A stretch of 26,099 nt of DNA, taken from IMG/VR virus record IMGVR_UViG_3300032092_000208, positions 1-26,099 of that record. One strand, 5' to 3'. Each line of letters begins with the position of its first letter. Position 1 is the first letter of the stretch. The notes beneath the pieces were generated by a model. The model was not told the DNA's origin. It was given only the letters and a program-made list of their open reading frames with translations, and made no database searches. The translations under genes were made by a program, and so were the position numbers. The stretch comes from a virus. Its lineage: Duplodnaviria; Caudoviricetes. This document shows, piece after piece, positions 7,829 to 17,144 of the stretch.

Positions 7829-8912
7829 CGTTATCATAAGGAAATGTTGCTGGAAAAGCGCCAAAAGGTAATGAAGTTCTGGAGTTATTAGCTGATGTTT
7901 TATTGTCTTGAAACCTTAATAAACAACCATTTAATGTTTTAGAGCATTTATCTTGTTTCCAAACGTCTGTATTCTCTAATGGATTTTTATTTAATACGCT
8001 ATCCTGCAAACATACGAAAAAAGTTTTTGGACTATTTAATGGAATTATCAAAGAAGACTCTTCATCTAAATCCATGCTGGGCAGTGGATCTATAAAAATA
8101 AAATCACCCTTAGAATAAGTTCTAGTTGATAACCATTCTCCTTTGTATGTTAAACTTGTTAAATTATAAGAATTATTGCTTAAATTTGTTTTATACCCAG
8201 CTAAAAAAGTCTTATCATTTTGATCTGCAACTGGAAGACCTATATTACTTGTTATTCCAGGATATGAAGGAGTAGATGATACTGAATCTTTCCATACTGT
8301 TTGAAAAAAATATAACGCATTAGCAGCGTCTCCAGATCCATTTTTTATAATTGGACCCGCATAGTCAGAAGTGTTTCCATAATTACATCCATAACAACGA
8401 TAGTTCCATCCACAAGTATCGTTCGTAACTTTTCTAGCTGGAATATTTAAATTTTGAACATCAATCTTAGAAGATAACTCCAATTCCACTTCTTGTTTAT
8501 TTTCACTTTTTTTCAAATTAATTATTAATTTATCAAAAGCTATATAAGTATTAAAACTAGAAGTTCCATAAGGATTAATCCCATCAGTAAAATTTGCCGC
8601 ATCTAAATCTTTAGCTAAAATCTTTTTTCTATAAAACTTTTTTCCTATAAGATTATTTCTATCGGCTAAAATTTTAGAAAAATAATTATTTACGTTTGCA
8701 ATTTTTAAAGTTGGCCTACTCTGTCTTCCATCAGAACTTTTTTGAAAAGATGAAAATTCACAAGGTAAAAAAGAATACTCATTACCTTGAAAAATAATAT
8801 TTTGAGAAAAGTTCTTAGATCCATGAAATCTTAGAAATCCTTCATTAGGATCTAATTCTATCTCATATAAATCTAGTATTAGATAATTATTTAATTTAAA
8901 AAGAGTATTCAT
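7815..8912 (-). CDS. Minor tail protein, lambda gpL-like (365 aa)
   Basis: IIFQGNEY, RPTLKIANVN, KDLDAANF, four-Cys arrangement CGWNYRCYGC...DKCSKTLNGCLLRF, and C-terminal LPFGAFPA. Confidence 0.9.
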   Translation of the reverse strand: MNTLFKLNNYLILDLYEIELDPNEGFLRFHGSKNFSQNIIFQGNEYSFLPCEFSSFQKSSDGRQSRPTLKIANVNNYFSKILADRNNLIGKKFYRKKILAKDLDAANFTDGINPYGTSSFNTYIAFDKLIINLKKSENKQEVELELSSKIDVQNLNIPARKVTNDTCGWNYRCYGCNYGNTSDYAGPIIKNGSGDAANALYFFQTVWKDSVSSTPSYPGITSNIGLPVADQNDKTFLAGYKTNLSNNSYNLTSLTYKGEWLSTRTYSKGDFIFIDPLPSMDLDEESSLIIPLNSPKTFFVCLQDSVLNKNPLENTDVWKQDKCSKTLNGCLLRFQDNKTSANNSRTSLPFGAFPATFPYDNDAKK

Positions 8913-8913
8913 A

Positions 8914-11580
8914 TCAAGAAGCGTTCGATGGTGTTCCAGCTATATTAAAAATATTTGGCAATCTAAAAGATTTATTTCTTATATTATAAGTAGCAGATGT
9001 TTCTCCAGTGAATAATTTAAAATATGTATCTATAAAATAATTATTTATATTAATCTGTTCGTTATCTATCAAAAGCCTATTATAACACGCAATATCAAAA
9101 TAAGAAACTTTAAGACTTGACAAATCATTTATTAATTTAAAAGTAGTATTTTTAATATCGTTTATTAATAAAGATGAAGATTTATTCGGTTCTGGTGCTA
9201 AAGCTAATAGATCATAACTAGTCAATAAAGTTCCATTTATAAATATAGAATAAAAAGTTTTAGAACGTTTAACGTTTATTATTACTGGATAGTAAGTTTG
9301 ATCAGAACTCAAGCTTTTAGATATTTGAGCAAAATTCGTCTTTACAATTCCAGTTTTATCATACATAAAAAAACTACCATCAATATTTTTTATTTCAGCA
9401 TCGAATAATGGAGTCAAAAATGATTGAAAAACATTAGGCTCTTTAGAATAATAATTATAAGAAGTTGCTGGATACTTTGTATATAAAAGATGCTTAGATG
9501 AAACTTTTTCAGGCGTAGCTGTTTTATACCAATCTAAAAATTTAAAAGAAGTAGATGAATTAGCTAATGCATCAAAAGCTGTTACTTCTTCTATTGCAGC
9601 TACTATATATAAATCAAAATCATCACACACAATAGAATCAGTAAATGTTGTTGATAAAGACTGATTAGTTAATGTTAAAGCTTTGTATCCAAAACTCTTA
9701 TAATTTGGATTATATGCGGCAGTGCCAGTTAAAGTATAAGATCCACCAACCCAATTAGGAGTATTTGAAATTCCACTATTAGGAAATCTAAAAATATAAT
9801 CAGATGGCAAATTTTTATTATATATGTTTAGTAATACAGAAGAATTTGAGAATGAAGTTATTAAATTACCACATAATTGATTTGTACTTATAGTATTTAC
9901 TGGTTTAAATTGACAATAAAAACTTCCACCAAAAGCTGAATATGGATTTGATACTACAGAATCTTGCGCAATTGGAATTGTATAAAATATATTTGGAATT
10001 CCCTGTAAATTTCCTGGTGGCAATTTAAAATTTAAAAAACAAACAACTGTTTGTGATCCAACTTCTCCATAACCCGCTTGAGGAGAAAACCAATATCCAA
10101 CATTTCTTAGCGGAAGAGAAACTCCATTTGCAGTTAGATTTTGATCTATTTTTAAAAAATCTAATTTACTATTGAAAGAACTATAAGATCCTTGTATAGG
10201 AAAATTTCCATTTTGAAATATATAATCATTTCCAACAGCACCTAATGTATTTGTAGTTAAAACAATACCAGCTTTTGAACCACCTCCACCAGATAGTATT
10301 GACGAATTGTTTTGAATATATAAATTATATTTTAAATTGGAAACAGGAGCTTGACCAGTTATACTTGTTTGTGCAGCAAGTTTTAATACATTTCCTCCGG
10401 ATTTAGAATCAGATAAACTGCCGTTGTTATAATATGCTCTAGTATCTATCAAAGTTTGATTAATATTTTTAGACCAAGGCTCAACGCTATTTAAATTATC
10501 ATTCTTGATTTGACCACCTTTTCCTTGATATCCAATTAAACGAGTTGTAGAAGGAATGTAAATATTTACAGTTGTATCACCACCGATATCTCCAGTAAAA
10601 TTTTCAAATGTACCGTCTAATTGTAATGCATATCTATCGCTATCTGTTGAACTAAAAGTACTATCTTCTGGTAAATATATCTCTATAGAATTATAATAAC
10701 TTAAGTCTGATTTGCCATAATTAGCATCTACAATATATTTATATAAATCAAAGTTTTGTATATCATATCCTTGTTTTAAATTAACAACTAAAGGCCCTCT
10801 GCTAAATTTTATATTTTGAGGTGTTCCGCTATAACCACTAACAACTTCATTTGATAATTGAGTGGTTATTGAATCCACACCTGTTGCATAAATGCTGATT
10901 CCACTACGACCAACAGATGAAGTATACATTCTTGCATAATAACCTGTTTCTATTAAAAATGGATATTCAGAATAAGGAATATTTATATAATTTAAATACT
11001 GATCTGTACCATAAAAGTTTCCATATTTTGGAAAAGCATTTGTATTTTCAGATACATTTATATTTTTAGAAAAAACTATAGATGAAAAATTTTGAGTAGT
11101 AGATATATCTAATTCATAACCTGTAAAAAAATAATTATTTAAATTTTCTATTCCTGTTGGAACCGACCAATAAAAATCATAATTTAAACCATTTTGTGTA
11201 TCGTAATTTCTTACCGCTTTAAAAGACCTAACATAACCACCAGTAATATCTATAATTTTATTTCCTGTTATTTGTAAAGTAATATTACCGCTTGGATCTG
11301 TAGTTCCATCTTCCGTTGATTCGCTAGTTATTGTTATTATTGTAGATTGTGTGCCTGAAGGCGCAGAAACTGTTGGAATAAAATAAATGTCTACATTTCC
11401 ATAATTACTACTATCTAATAATAAAGAAGATTGAGATAGCGCAAAATTTGTTTCATTGCTATTGTTGAAACTATATTCAACTTGCGAATTTCCACTATTG
11501 TATATATTTAATGGATAAGAAATAGCAAAACCAGTTAAACATTGTCCTATATTTTTACCAGTTGTATTAACGTAAGTCAT
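8914..11580 (-). CDS. Multidomain virion adhesin-like protein (888 aa): Ig-like, FN3-like, glycine-rich and LamG/ConA-like parts
   Basis: LNIYNSGN (Ig-like start); FYWSVP...GYELDISTTQNFS...YYARM (FN3-like); GYQGKGG/SGGGGSKAG; C-terminal YSIFINGT...DIACYNRLL..EQININNYF (LamG-like). ATGA overlap with the upstream gene. Confidence 0.55.
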   Translation of the reverse strand: MTYVNTTGKNIGQCLTGFAISYPLNIYNSGNSQVEYSFNNSNETNFALSQSSLLLDSSNYGNVDIYFIPTVSAPSGTQSTIITITSESTEDGTTDPSGNITLQITGNKIIDITGGYVRSFKAVRNYDTQNGLNYDFYWSVPTGIENLNNYFFTGYELDISTTQNFSSIVFSKNINVSENTNAFPKYGNFYGTDQYLNYINIPYSEYPFLIETGYYARMYTSSVGRSGISIYATGVDSITTQLSNEVVSGYSGTPQNIKFSRGPLVVNLKQGYDIQNFDLYKYIVDANYGKSDLSYYNSIEIYLPEDSTFSSTDSDRYALQLDGTFENFTGDIGGDTTVNIYIPSTTRLIGYQGKGGQIKNDNLNSVEPWSKNINQTLIDTRAYYNNGSLSDSKSGGNVLKLAAQTSITGQAPVSNLKYNLYIQNNSSILSGGGGSKAGIVLTTNTLGAVGNDYIFQNGNFPIQGSYSSFNSKLDFLKIDQNLTANGVSLPLRNVGYWFSPQAGYGEVGSQTVVCFLNFKLPPGNLQGIPNIFYTIPIAQDSVVSNPYSAFGGSFYCQFKPVNTISTNQLCGNLITSFSNSSVLLNIYNKNLPSDYIFRFPNSGISNTPNWVGGSYTLTGTAAYNPNYKSFGYKALTLTNQSLSTTFTDSIVCDDFDLYIVAAIEEVTAFDALANSSTSFKFLDWYKTATPEKVSSKHLLYTKYPATSYNYYSKEPNVFQSFLTPLFDAEIKNIDGSFFMYDKTGIVKTNFAQISKSLSSDQTYYPVIINVKRSKTFYSIFINGTLLTSYDLLALAPEPNKSSSLLINDIKNTTFKLINDLSSLKVSYFDIACYNRLLIDNEQININNYFIDTYFKLFTGETSATYNIRNKSFRLPNIFNIAGTPSNAS

Positions 11581-13589
11581 AGTGAAATTAATGTATTAAA
11601 ATATATATCTGATGAAGTTAAACCTTTAAATTCTAAAAATTTTACCGAAATATCGTGATTGTTATAGAATTTATATGTATGATTCCATTCAGGACAATAA
11701 ACATTTATTGTTTTATTATAAGGATCTGGCAAATCTATTTCAAAAATCTTAAAACCAGCTTTATTATCTAAAAATTTTAATATTGCCAAAGCTTCTTTAT
11801 CTGATCTATTAGAAAAGCTTAAAGTAAAATCTAAAACATTCTTATTTATTCCGTCTGTTTCATAAACTGGCGCGGTCATCGCATACTCAGTTTTTACAAA
11901 TCTTGGATTAAGCGGAATTTGAAAATTTAAATCAGGTTTAAAATAAAATTTTCTTGTGAATAAGCTATTTATTCCTGTAGGATTTTCATTTATACTTACG
12001 ATTTTATTATTGGCTCCAGTGTACCAATAATAATCTTCTAATAAAGAACTTGTTGTTTTAAAGAATGAAACATCGTCTTTAAAATAAGGTTTAGTTTGAT
12101 CAAATAATCTTGTTGTATCATCTCCAGTAACTAAAAATCCTTTATAATCCAAATTAGAATCATATGGCGAATTACAAGTTATCGTAATTGTGTTTAAGTT
12201 CGCTTCTTTAGAAGAATATTCTAAAGAATTAAAATATATTTTAGCGTTATTTTTATATGGATAAAATAAATCAATATCTACGGATTGATAAGATTCCACT
12301 AATCCTAAAGCCTCATATTCAAAAGTATTTTGAAAATAACCAATTAAAGATTTTGATTGAACATCCGTTAAACCATCATAAACTAATTTAAAATCGCTTG
12401 TTAAATTATTAACGTTTGGAACAACATTTGTATAATATCCATCACCATATTGCATCTTTAAAGCCTTTGTGGTGAAATTTGCAGAACATCCATAGGTTTT
12501 ATTAAAAATAGAATCAACATCTCTAGTTAAATATCTAGATCCTGTTATATTAATAGGTGCATATGAATAATCAGAACTAGTAAAATCTTGATTAGCTATA
12601 TAAAGACCATCGTCATTTGTAAAATGTTTTTCAAATAAATATTTTTCTATTTGTAGTATTTGATCATCTGTAGGAGTTTTTGAATATCCTATTATTTCAT
12701 AATAAGAAATACTTGAAGCATCATAGTTCCATATATTATTTGCGCCAACATGCCCATTACCAGCAGTTCCAATTCTAAGACCAGCAGCACCAGTATAAAA
12801 ATAATTACTTGTTAAATTCAATAATTCACAACCATTATTTCTTAATTTAAAATTATTAGTTGTATTATTTTTTATAATTGAAACTATACTTTTCTTTTTT
12901 AATAATTTGGATGCTGAAAATGCAGAATTAATAGGTGGAGGAGAAGTTATGCCATTGGCAGTAGTAGTATCAACTATAAATTGTTGAGATTCTTTAGGTA
13001 CATTTGTATTCCAAGAATATTCAATATTATTTCCATAAACCATTAATGCACCACTAGTAACATACGGATTGGCTGAATCCGTATTTATAATTGTAGAATA
13101 ATTTGGATAAATTATTCCATAACCACCACCAGCATCATAATTAAATAAACCATTTTTTAAATCATCATATTCAAATACAATAAACCAACATCTATCACCT
13201 GTTAAAAAACCAGAAAAATTTTGAGAAGTATATAATTGATTATACGAAAAAGTTTCACCTAAAGATCTTTGGCAAACTACAGAGTTTCTATTTTCATCGT
13301 ATGTGGGCCTAGAATCTAAAGTTACAGTAGCGTCTAGATTTACTAAATTTTGTTCTGAAAATCCTGGTGCTGAATTATGCCATAAAGATATTTTACCAGA
13401 ACCATCAAATTCAATATTATTAATAGTATCTAAATTAAACCAAGCATATAAACCAGATAAATTAGTAGGATATACAGAATCTCCAGTATAAAATTCATAA
13501 TCAACCAAATCATATTGATCATAACTTTGATTAATATCAAAATCTTTGATACCTGTTACAGAGAATTGTGTATTTAAAAATTTGCTCAT
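11577..13589 (-). CDS. Distal tail protein with two lambda gpM-like domains and an N-terminal LamG/ConA-like domain (670 aa)
   Basis: gpM-type MQYGDGY...NVNNL...FKLVYDGLTD and a second copy DGINKN..DFTLSFSNRSDKEALAILKFLDNKAGFKIF...YCPEWNHT. LamG-like LYAWF...SLWHNSAPG...EIIGYSKTPTDDQILQIEKYL. Confidence 0.75.
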   Translation of the reverse strand: MSKFLNTQFSVTGIKDFDINQSYDQYDLVDYEFYTGDSVYPTNLSGLYAWFNLDTINNIEFDGSGKISLWHNSAPGFSEQNLVNLDATVTLDSRPTYDENRNSVVCQRSLGETFSYNQLYTSQNFSGFLTGDRCWFIVFEYDDLKNGLFNYDAGGGYGIIYPNYSTIINTDSANPYVTSGALMVYGNNIEYSWNTNVPKESQQFIVDTTTANGITSPPPINSAFSASKLLKKKSIVSIIKNNTTNNFKLRNNGCELLNLTSNYFYTGAAGLRIGTAGNGHVGANNIWNYDASSISYYEIIGYSKTPTDDQILQIEKYLFEKHFTNDDGLYIANQDFTSSDYSYAPINITGSRYLTRDVDSIFNKTYGCSANFTTKALKMQYGDGYYTNVVPNVNNLTSDFKLVYDGLTDVQSKSLIGYFQNTFEYEALGLVESYQSVDIDLFYPYKNNAKIYFNSLEYSSKEANLNTITITCNSPYDSNLDYKGFLVTGDDTTRLFDQTKPYFKDDVSFFKTTSSLLEDYYWYTGANNKIVSINENPTGINSLFTRKFYFKPDLNFQIPLNPRFVKTEYAMTAPVYETDGINKNVLDFTLSFSNRSDKEALAILKFLDNKAGFKIFEIDLPDPYNKTINVYCPEWNHTYKFYNNHDISVKFLEFKGLTSSDIYFNTLISL

Positions 13590-14392
13590 AAGGTGTTTCT
13601 TAATGGAGCTAAACGTTGAGTTATTGCCAAACTGCTTTGCAATATACCATTATTACTTGCATTAATTCCTCGCGATTCTATTCTACCAGATATATTAAAA
13701 GTATTTAATAAATTATTGTTATAATCTTTTATATATAAATCGCAATTACTTATTTTTCCTTCAACATCAGAAACGTTATTTTGTTTAAAGAAATTGCCAT
13801 CAACGCTTACGCTTTTATTTTTATTTGATTTAGCGACTCTAAAAGGAACTGTTTCGCCATTTTTGAAAAATGGAATTCTTTCGCACTGTTCAGAATATTG
13901 AAATCCAAATACTTCAGAAAAACCAAATACATTACTTAAATCTGAAATATAACTTCTATTTGAGTGGGAAACGTTATTAAGAGATTGATTTCTATTAAAA
14001 TAAAATTGTTTGAAATCATTTGTACTATCAACTGTATTTAATTTACCAAACCAATCAAACTCTGCACTCAAAGATATTGGAGAAAACTGAGAAGCTTTAA
14101 AAGAAACTGTTTTAAGATAACAATTTTCTATTTGAACTCCTGCAAACAATGCATTTACTGGACTTTCAGAATTGCTTGTAGGAATTAAATAACTTGGATA
14201 AGCTCCTGTTAAAAAAAACTCAGTAGTTAAACTACCAACAACTGTTCCTTGAGGAGCATATCTCAATAATGAACCATCAGAAAGTAACACTGGTTCAATA
14301 TTTGTTCTTAAAGATATTTGTACAGATGTAGAATAAAAAATATCATTATTTATTCTAAAATCTAAATTTTCATATTTGATGAATTTACTCAT
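13586..14392 (-). CDS. Putative tail-tube-fold baseplate protein (268 aa)
   Basis: Beta-rich with two similar halves (CYLKTVSFKAS...LSAEFDWFG; FQYSEQCERIPFFKNG...GRIESRGINAS). Lies between TMP and the gpM-like gene. Fold is inferred. Confidence 0.45.
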   Translation of the reverse strand: MSKFIKYENLDFRINNDIFYSTSVQISLRTNIEPVLLSDGSLLRYAPQGTVVGSLTTEFFLTGAYPSYLIPTSNSESPVNALFAGVQIENCYLKTVSFKASQFSPISLSAEFDWFGKLNTVDSTNDFKQFYFNRNQSLNNVSHSNRSYISDLSNVFGFSEVFGFQYSEQCERIPFFKNGETVPFRVAKSNKNKSVSVDGNFFKQNNVSDVEGKISNCDLYIKDYNNNLLNTFNISGRIESRGINASNNGILQSSLAITQRLAPLRNTL

Positions 14393-16194
14393 TAAACTAT
14401 TGTGTAAGCAATTGTTGTTACTACATTAAAATTAGCGGCTGCTGCTTTAGTTCCATTTGTATTACATAATCTATATTGCAACAATTGACCAGAAGTAAAA
14501 TTAGTTGACCCAACAAAATTAGCTTTACTCTTTACTATCACAGAATTTGTAGAAACACCAGCAACAGTAGTTGCAGCAATTATACCACTCGTTGGAAAAG
14601 TAACTGGATTACTCGGAGGACTAACAAAAAAACCAGACACAAAACCATCTGGTATATCTTCATTATATATTGGTGAAATTGCTGATATTTCAAATCTATA
14701 ACCACCAGCAGTTTCAGCAGCAATATCAGAAGTCATAAACATTACCCTTTCAACACTTCCATTAAAATTTGCTATCGTAAATGGCGATGCTATAGAATTA
14801 TTACCAGAAGGATTATTACTAGAATTAGGATACAATGGATTAAAATATATATCAGTTCCAGTTACTTGTGTTTGATATGTTTGTACAAATTTTCCTTTAC
14901 AGTATGCATCATTAGAAGTGTAACTTCCATCTATATCTAAACTTCCCGCTGTACTTAATTTTGCAACAACATCTGGAGATGCTCCGTTATAACCATTTTT
15001 TATAAAAACGAAAGAATCATTTAGACCTGGAAAAACAGTATCTGCATATAAATTTCCAATTGACCATTTATCTGTACTTGGAGAACTATCATAACGAGAA
15101 AAAGTTACCAAACTATTTCTTGGCCCACTATCACCACCTCCAAATGCTTTGTTAGCTGCAACAACTATTTGTGTTGATCCTTGAACATTTGTTGATTGAA
15201 AATAAGCTGGAGTAGCTGATGAAGGCCCTGTTGAAGATGTTCTAACATCTAATTTATATAATGGAGCGATAGCTCCTAAACCACAAAAGCCTTCACTTGA
15301 TATTACTAAATTACTTTCAGACAATGTTGAACTTGGACCCATGTATGTAGAACTAGTACTTAATCCAACATAAGCTGTAGCTGTTGAAGTTCTATAGCTA
15401 CTTACACATCTGCTAAGATTAGTCTGAAATCTAGCTACTTCACCAGCAGTTCCACTTACATGAAATGTATAAGCTGGAATAGAATGACCTATACCTACTT
15501 TAGGAGCAGTTAAACTATTATCTACATAAACTGCATTATAACCTATATTTATATCACCCAAATTATTATAATTTAATAATAGAGTTTCATCATTAGCGCT
15601 TGTTTTGATTTCTGTATTATATGGATCAAAAAGTATAGCATTGCCTGAATTTTGAAACTGAATCGATGCTCCACTTACTAAAAATTTATTATTTAAAACT
15701 CCAGTAGAATCAGTGATTCCAAAATTACCACTCTGATCTACTACGAATAAATTACTAAATGTTGAACCACCATTAACAGATGATTCTAAATATAATTTAG
15801 TATCATTTGGTTTTTTACTGAATTGATAATAAGTATTTGGATCACTTAATGAAAAAGCTATTTTTCTTCCAGAATTTGGAGTGCTTAGTCTAATTTGACC
15901 AGAACCATTTGTAGAAGCAGTATTATCTACAACATCTAATGAAACAAATGGAGTTCTATCATTGATACCAACAAAACCATTCGATCCACTAATTGATAAT
16001 CCATAATTACCATTATTTTCAAAAATAGTTAAACCTTGACTATTTTGAGCATAAAAACCAGTAAATGCTTTGCTTAATTCGTCTCTTGTTATTTTATTAT
16101 CTTGTGAGGAATCAGAATTGGATACCAAAAATATATCAGTAGCCGCAACATTTACTCCTAATTTATCAGATAATGAAGATAGTGGTATTCCCAT
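14392..16194 (-). CDS. Tail fibre-like protein (600 aa) with G-x-[VF]-G-[IL] shaft repeats
   Basis: Repeats GFVGINDRTPFVSLDV, GNFGITDSTG...FLVSG, KVGIGHSIPAYTFHVSG, GFCGLGAIAPLYKLDV. N-terminal anchor-like LSSL...TDIFLV...KITRDEL. Confidence 0.65.
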   Translation of the reverse strand: MGIPLSSLSDKLGVNVAATDIFLVSNSDSSQDNKITRDELSKAFTGFYAQNSQGLTIFENNGNYGLSISGSNGFVGINDRTPFVSLDVVDNTASTNGSGQIRLSTPNSGRKIAFSLSDPNTYYQFSKKPNDTKLYLESSVNGGSTFSNLFVVDQSGNFGITDSTGVLNNKFLVSGASIQFQNSGNAILFDPYNTEIKTSANDETLLLNYNNLGDINIGYNAVYVDNSLTAPKVGIGHSIPAYTFHVSGTAGEVARFQTNLSRCVSSYRTSTATAYVGLSTSSTYMGPSSTLSESNLVISSEGFCGLGAIAPLYKLDVRTSSTGPSSATPAYFQSTNVQGSTQIVVAANKAFGGGDSGPRNSLVTFSRYDSSPSTDKWSIGNLYADTVFPGLNDSFVFIKNGYNGASPDVVAKLSTAGSLDIDGSYTSNDAYCKGKFVQTYQTQVTGTDIYFNPLYPNSSNNPSGNNSIASPFTIANFNGSVERVMFMTSDIAAETAGGYRFEISAISPIYNEDIPDGFVSGFFVSPPSNPVTFPTSGIIAATTVAGVSTNSVIVKSKANFVGSTNFTSGQLLQYRLCNTNGTKAAAANFNVVTTIAYTIV

Positions 16195-16195
16195 A

Positions 16196-17143
16196 TTAAT
16201 TGTTTAAATAACCTTTATAATTAAGTTTTACACTTAAAACGTCGTCAGCACTTGAATTAAATTCTTGAGATATTAGTTTCACATTGTTAAACGATTGATT
16301 AAACATGTTTATTCCAACTAGTTTTTTATATAATATCAAATCAGAACCTCCATTAACTGTTAAGTTTTGCCCATTAACAGTAAGAACTTCATCTGCAAAA
16401 ACTGTTCCATTTATGCTTATTGAAAAACTAGCATCATCATCATTATTTAATTGAGTGTATAATTTTCTAGCTTGATAATCGTCTATTTCTAGATTAAAAG
16501 AAGCGTCTATTTCAATTGGCAACTCTAATAATATTTCATTAGGAACGTAAGCATAATTAGCTGTAGGGCCAGATGGACCAGATCCTCCTGAAGAAAGCCC
16601 AGATGGTTGAAGAAGATAAATTGGTTTTTTAGGACAATTTATAGAATAATTAAACTGAGTTATTCTATTTGTTGATGAACCACTGCATGATAGAATAATA
16701 TCTTTTACTTGAGGAACGCTAATATATGGTGCGCTATAATTTCCAGAAGCAGAAATATTATTTCCTATGTCACCAAAAACTTGAATATCTATAGAAGTCT
16801 TAGGAATTTCTCCTACAGAACAATCTAAACTAAATCCATTTAAACAACCAGTTTGAAATCCAAATGATTTGCCAAAGTAATTTATACTAGCTGCAAAAGT
16901 TCTTGCTTGTCTAGAAAGATTTTCACCCGTAAAAGGCAAAAACGGATCATTATATAATAAATACTTATCTACTTTAAATTGAGCATTTGGAACTTCGGCC
17001 ATTATTTGTTTATTATAACCGACTCCGATTGTGTTTATTGGAGCATAATTAAGATTATAACTACCATTAACAGATAATATTCCAGAAATAGCTGCGCCAT
17101 TTAAATAAAATCTATTTTCGTAGTTTAATGCGGCATTTTTCAT
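16196..17143 (-). CDS. Putative tail-tube-fold baseplate protein (315 aa)
   Basis: Directly follows the TMP. Two similar beta-rich halves (GCLNGFSLDCSVGEIPKTSIDIQVFG; RITQFNYSINCPKKPIY...KLISQEFNSSADDVLSVKLNYKGY). Resembles the 268-aa protein. Confidence 0.45.
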   Translation of the reverse strand: MKNAALNYENRFYLNGAAISGILSVNGSYNLNYAPINTIGVGYNKQIMAEVPNAQFKVDKYLLYNDPFLPFTGENLSRQARTFAASINYFGKSFGFQTGCLNGFSLDCSVGEIPKTSIDIQVFGDIGNNISASGNYSAPYISVPQVKDIILSCSGSSTNRITQFNYSINCPKKPIYLLQPSGLSSGGSGPSGPTANYAYVPNEILLELPIEIDASFNLEIDDYQARKLYTQLNNDDDASFSISINGTVFADEVLTVNGQNLTVNGGSDLILYKKLVGINMFNQSFNNVKLISQEFNSSADDVLSVKLNYKGYLNN

Positions 17144-17144
17144 A

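Noticed and set aside
7829-7864. Upstream start of the gpK-like gene given in the ORF track
   Set aside because: It would overlap the conserved gpL C-terminus by 50 nt. The ATG at 7828 fits the coupling pattern better.
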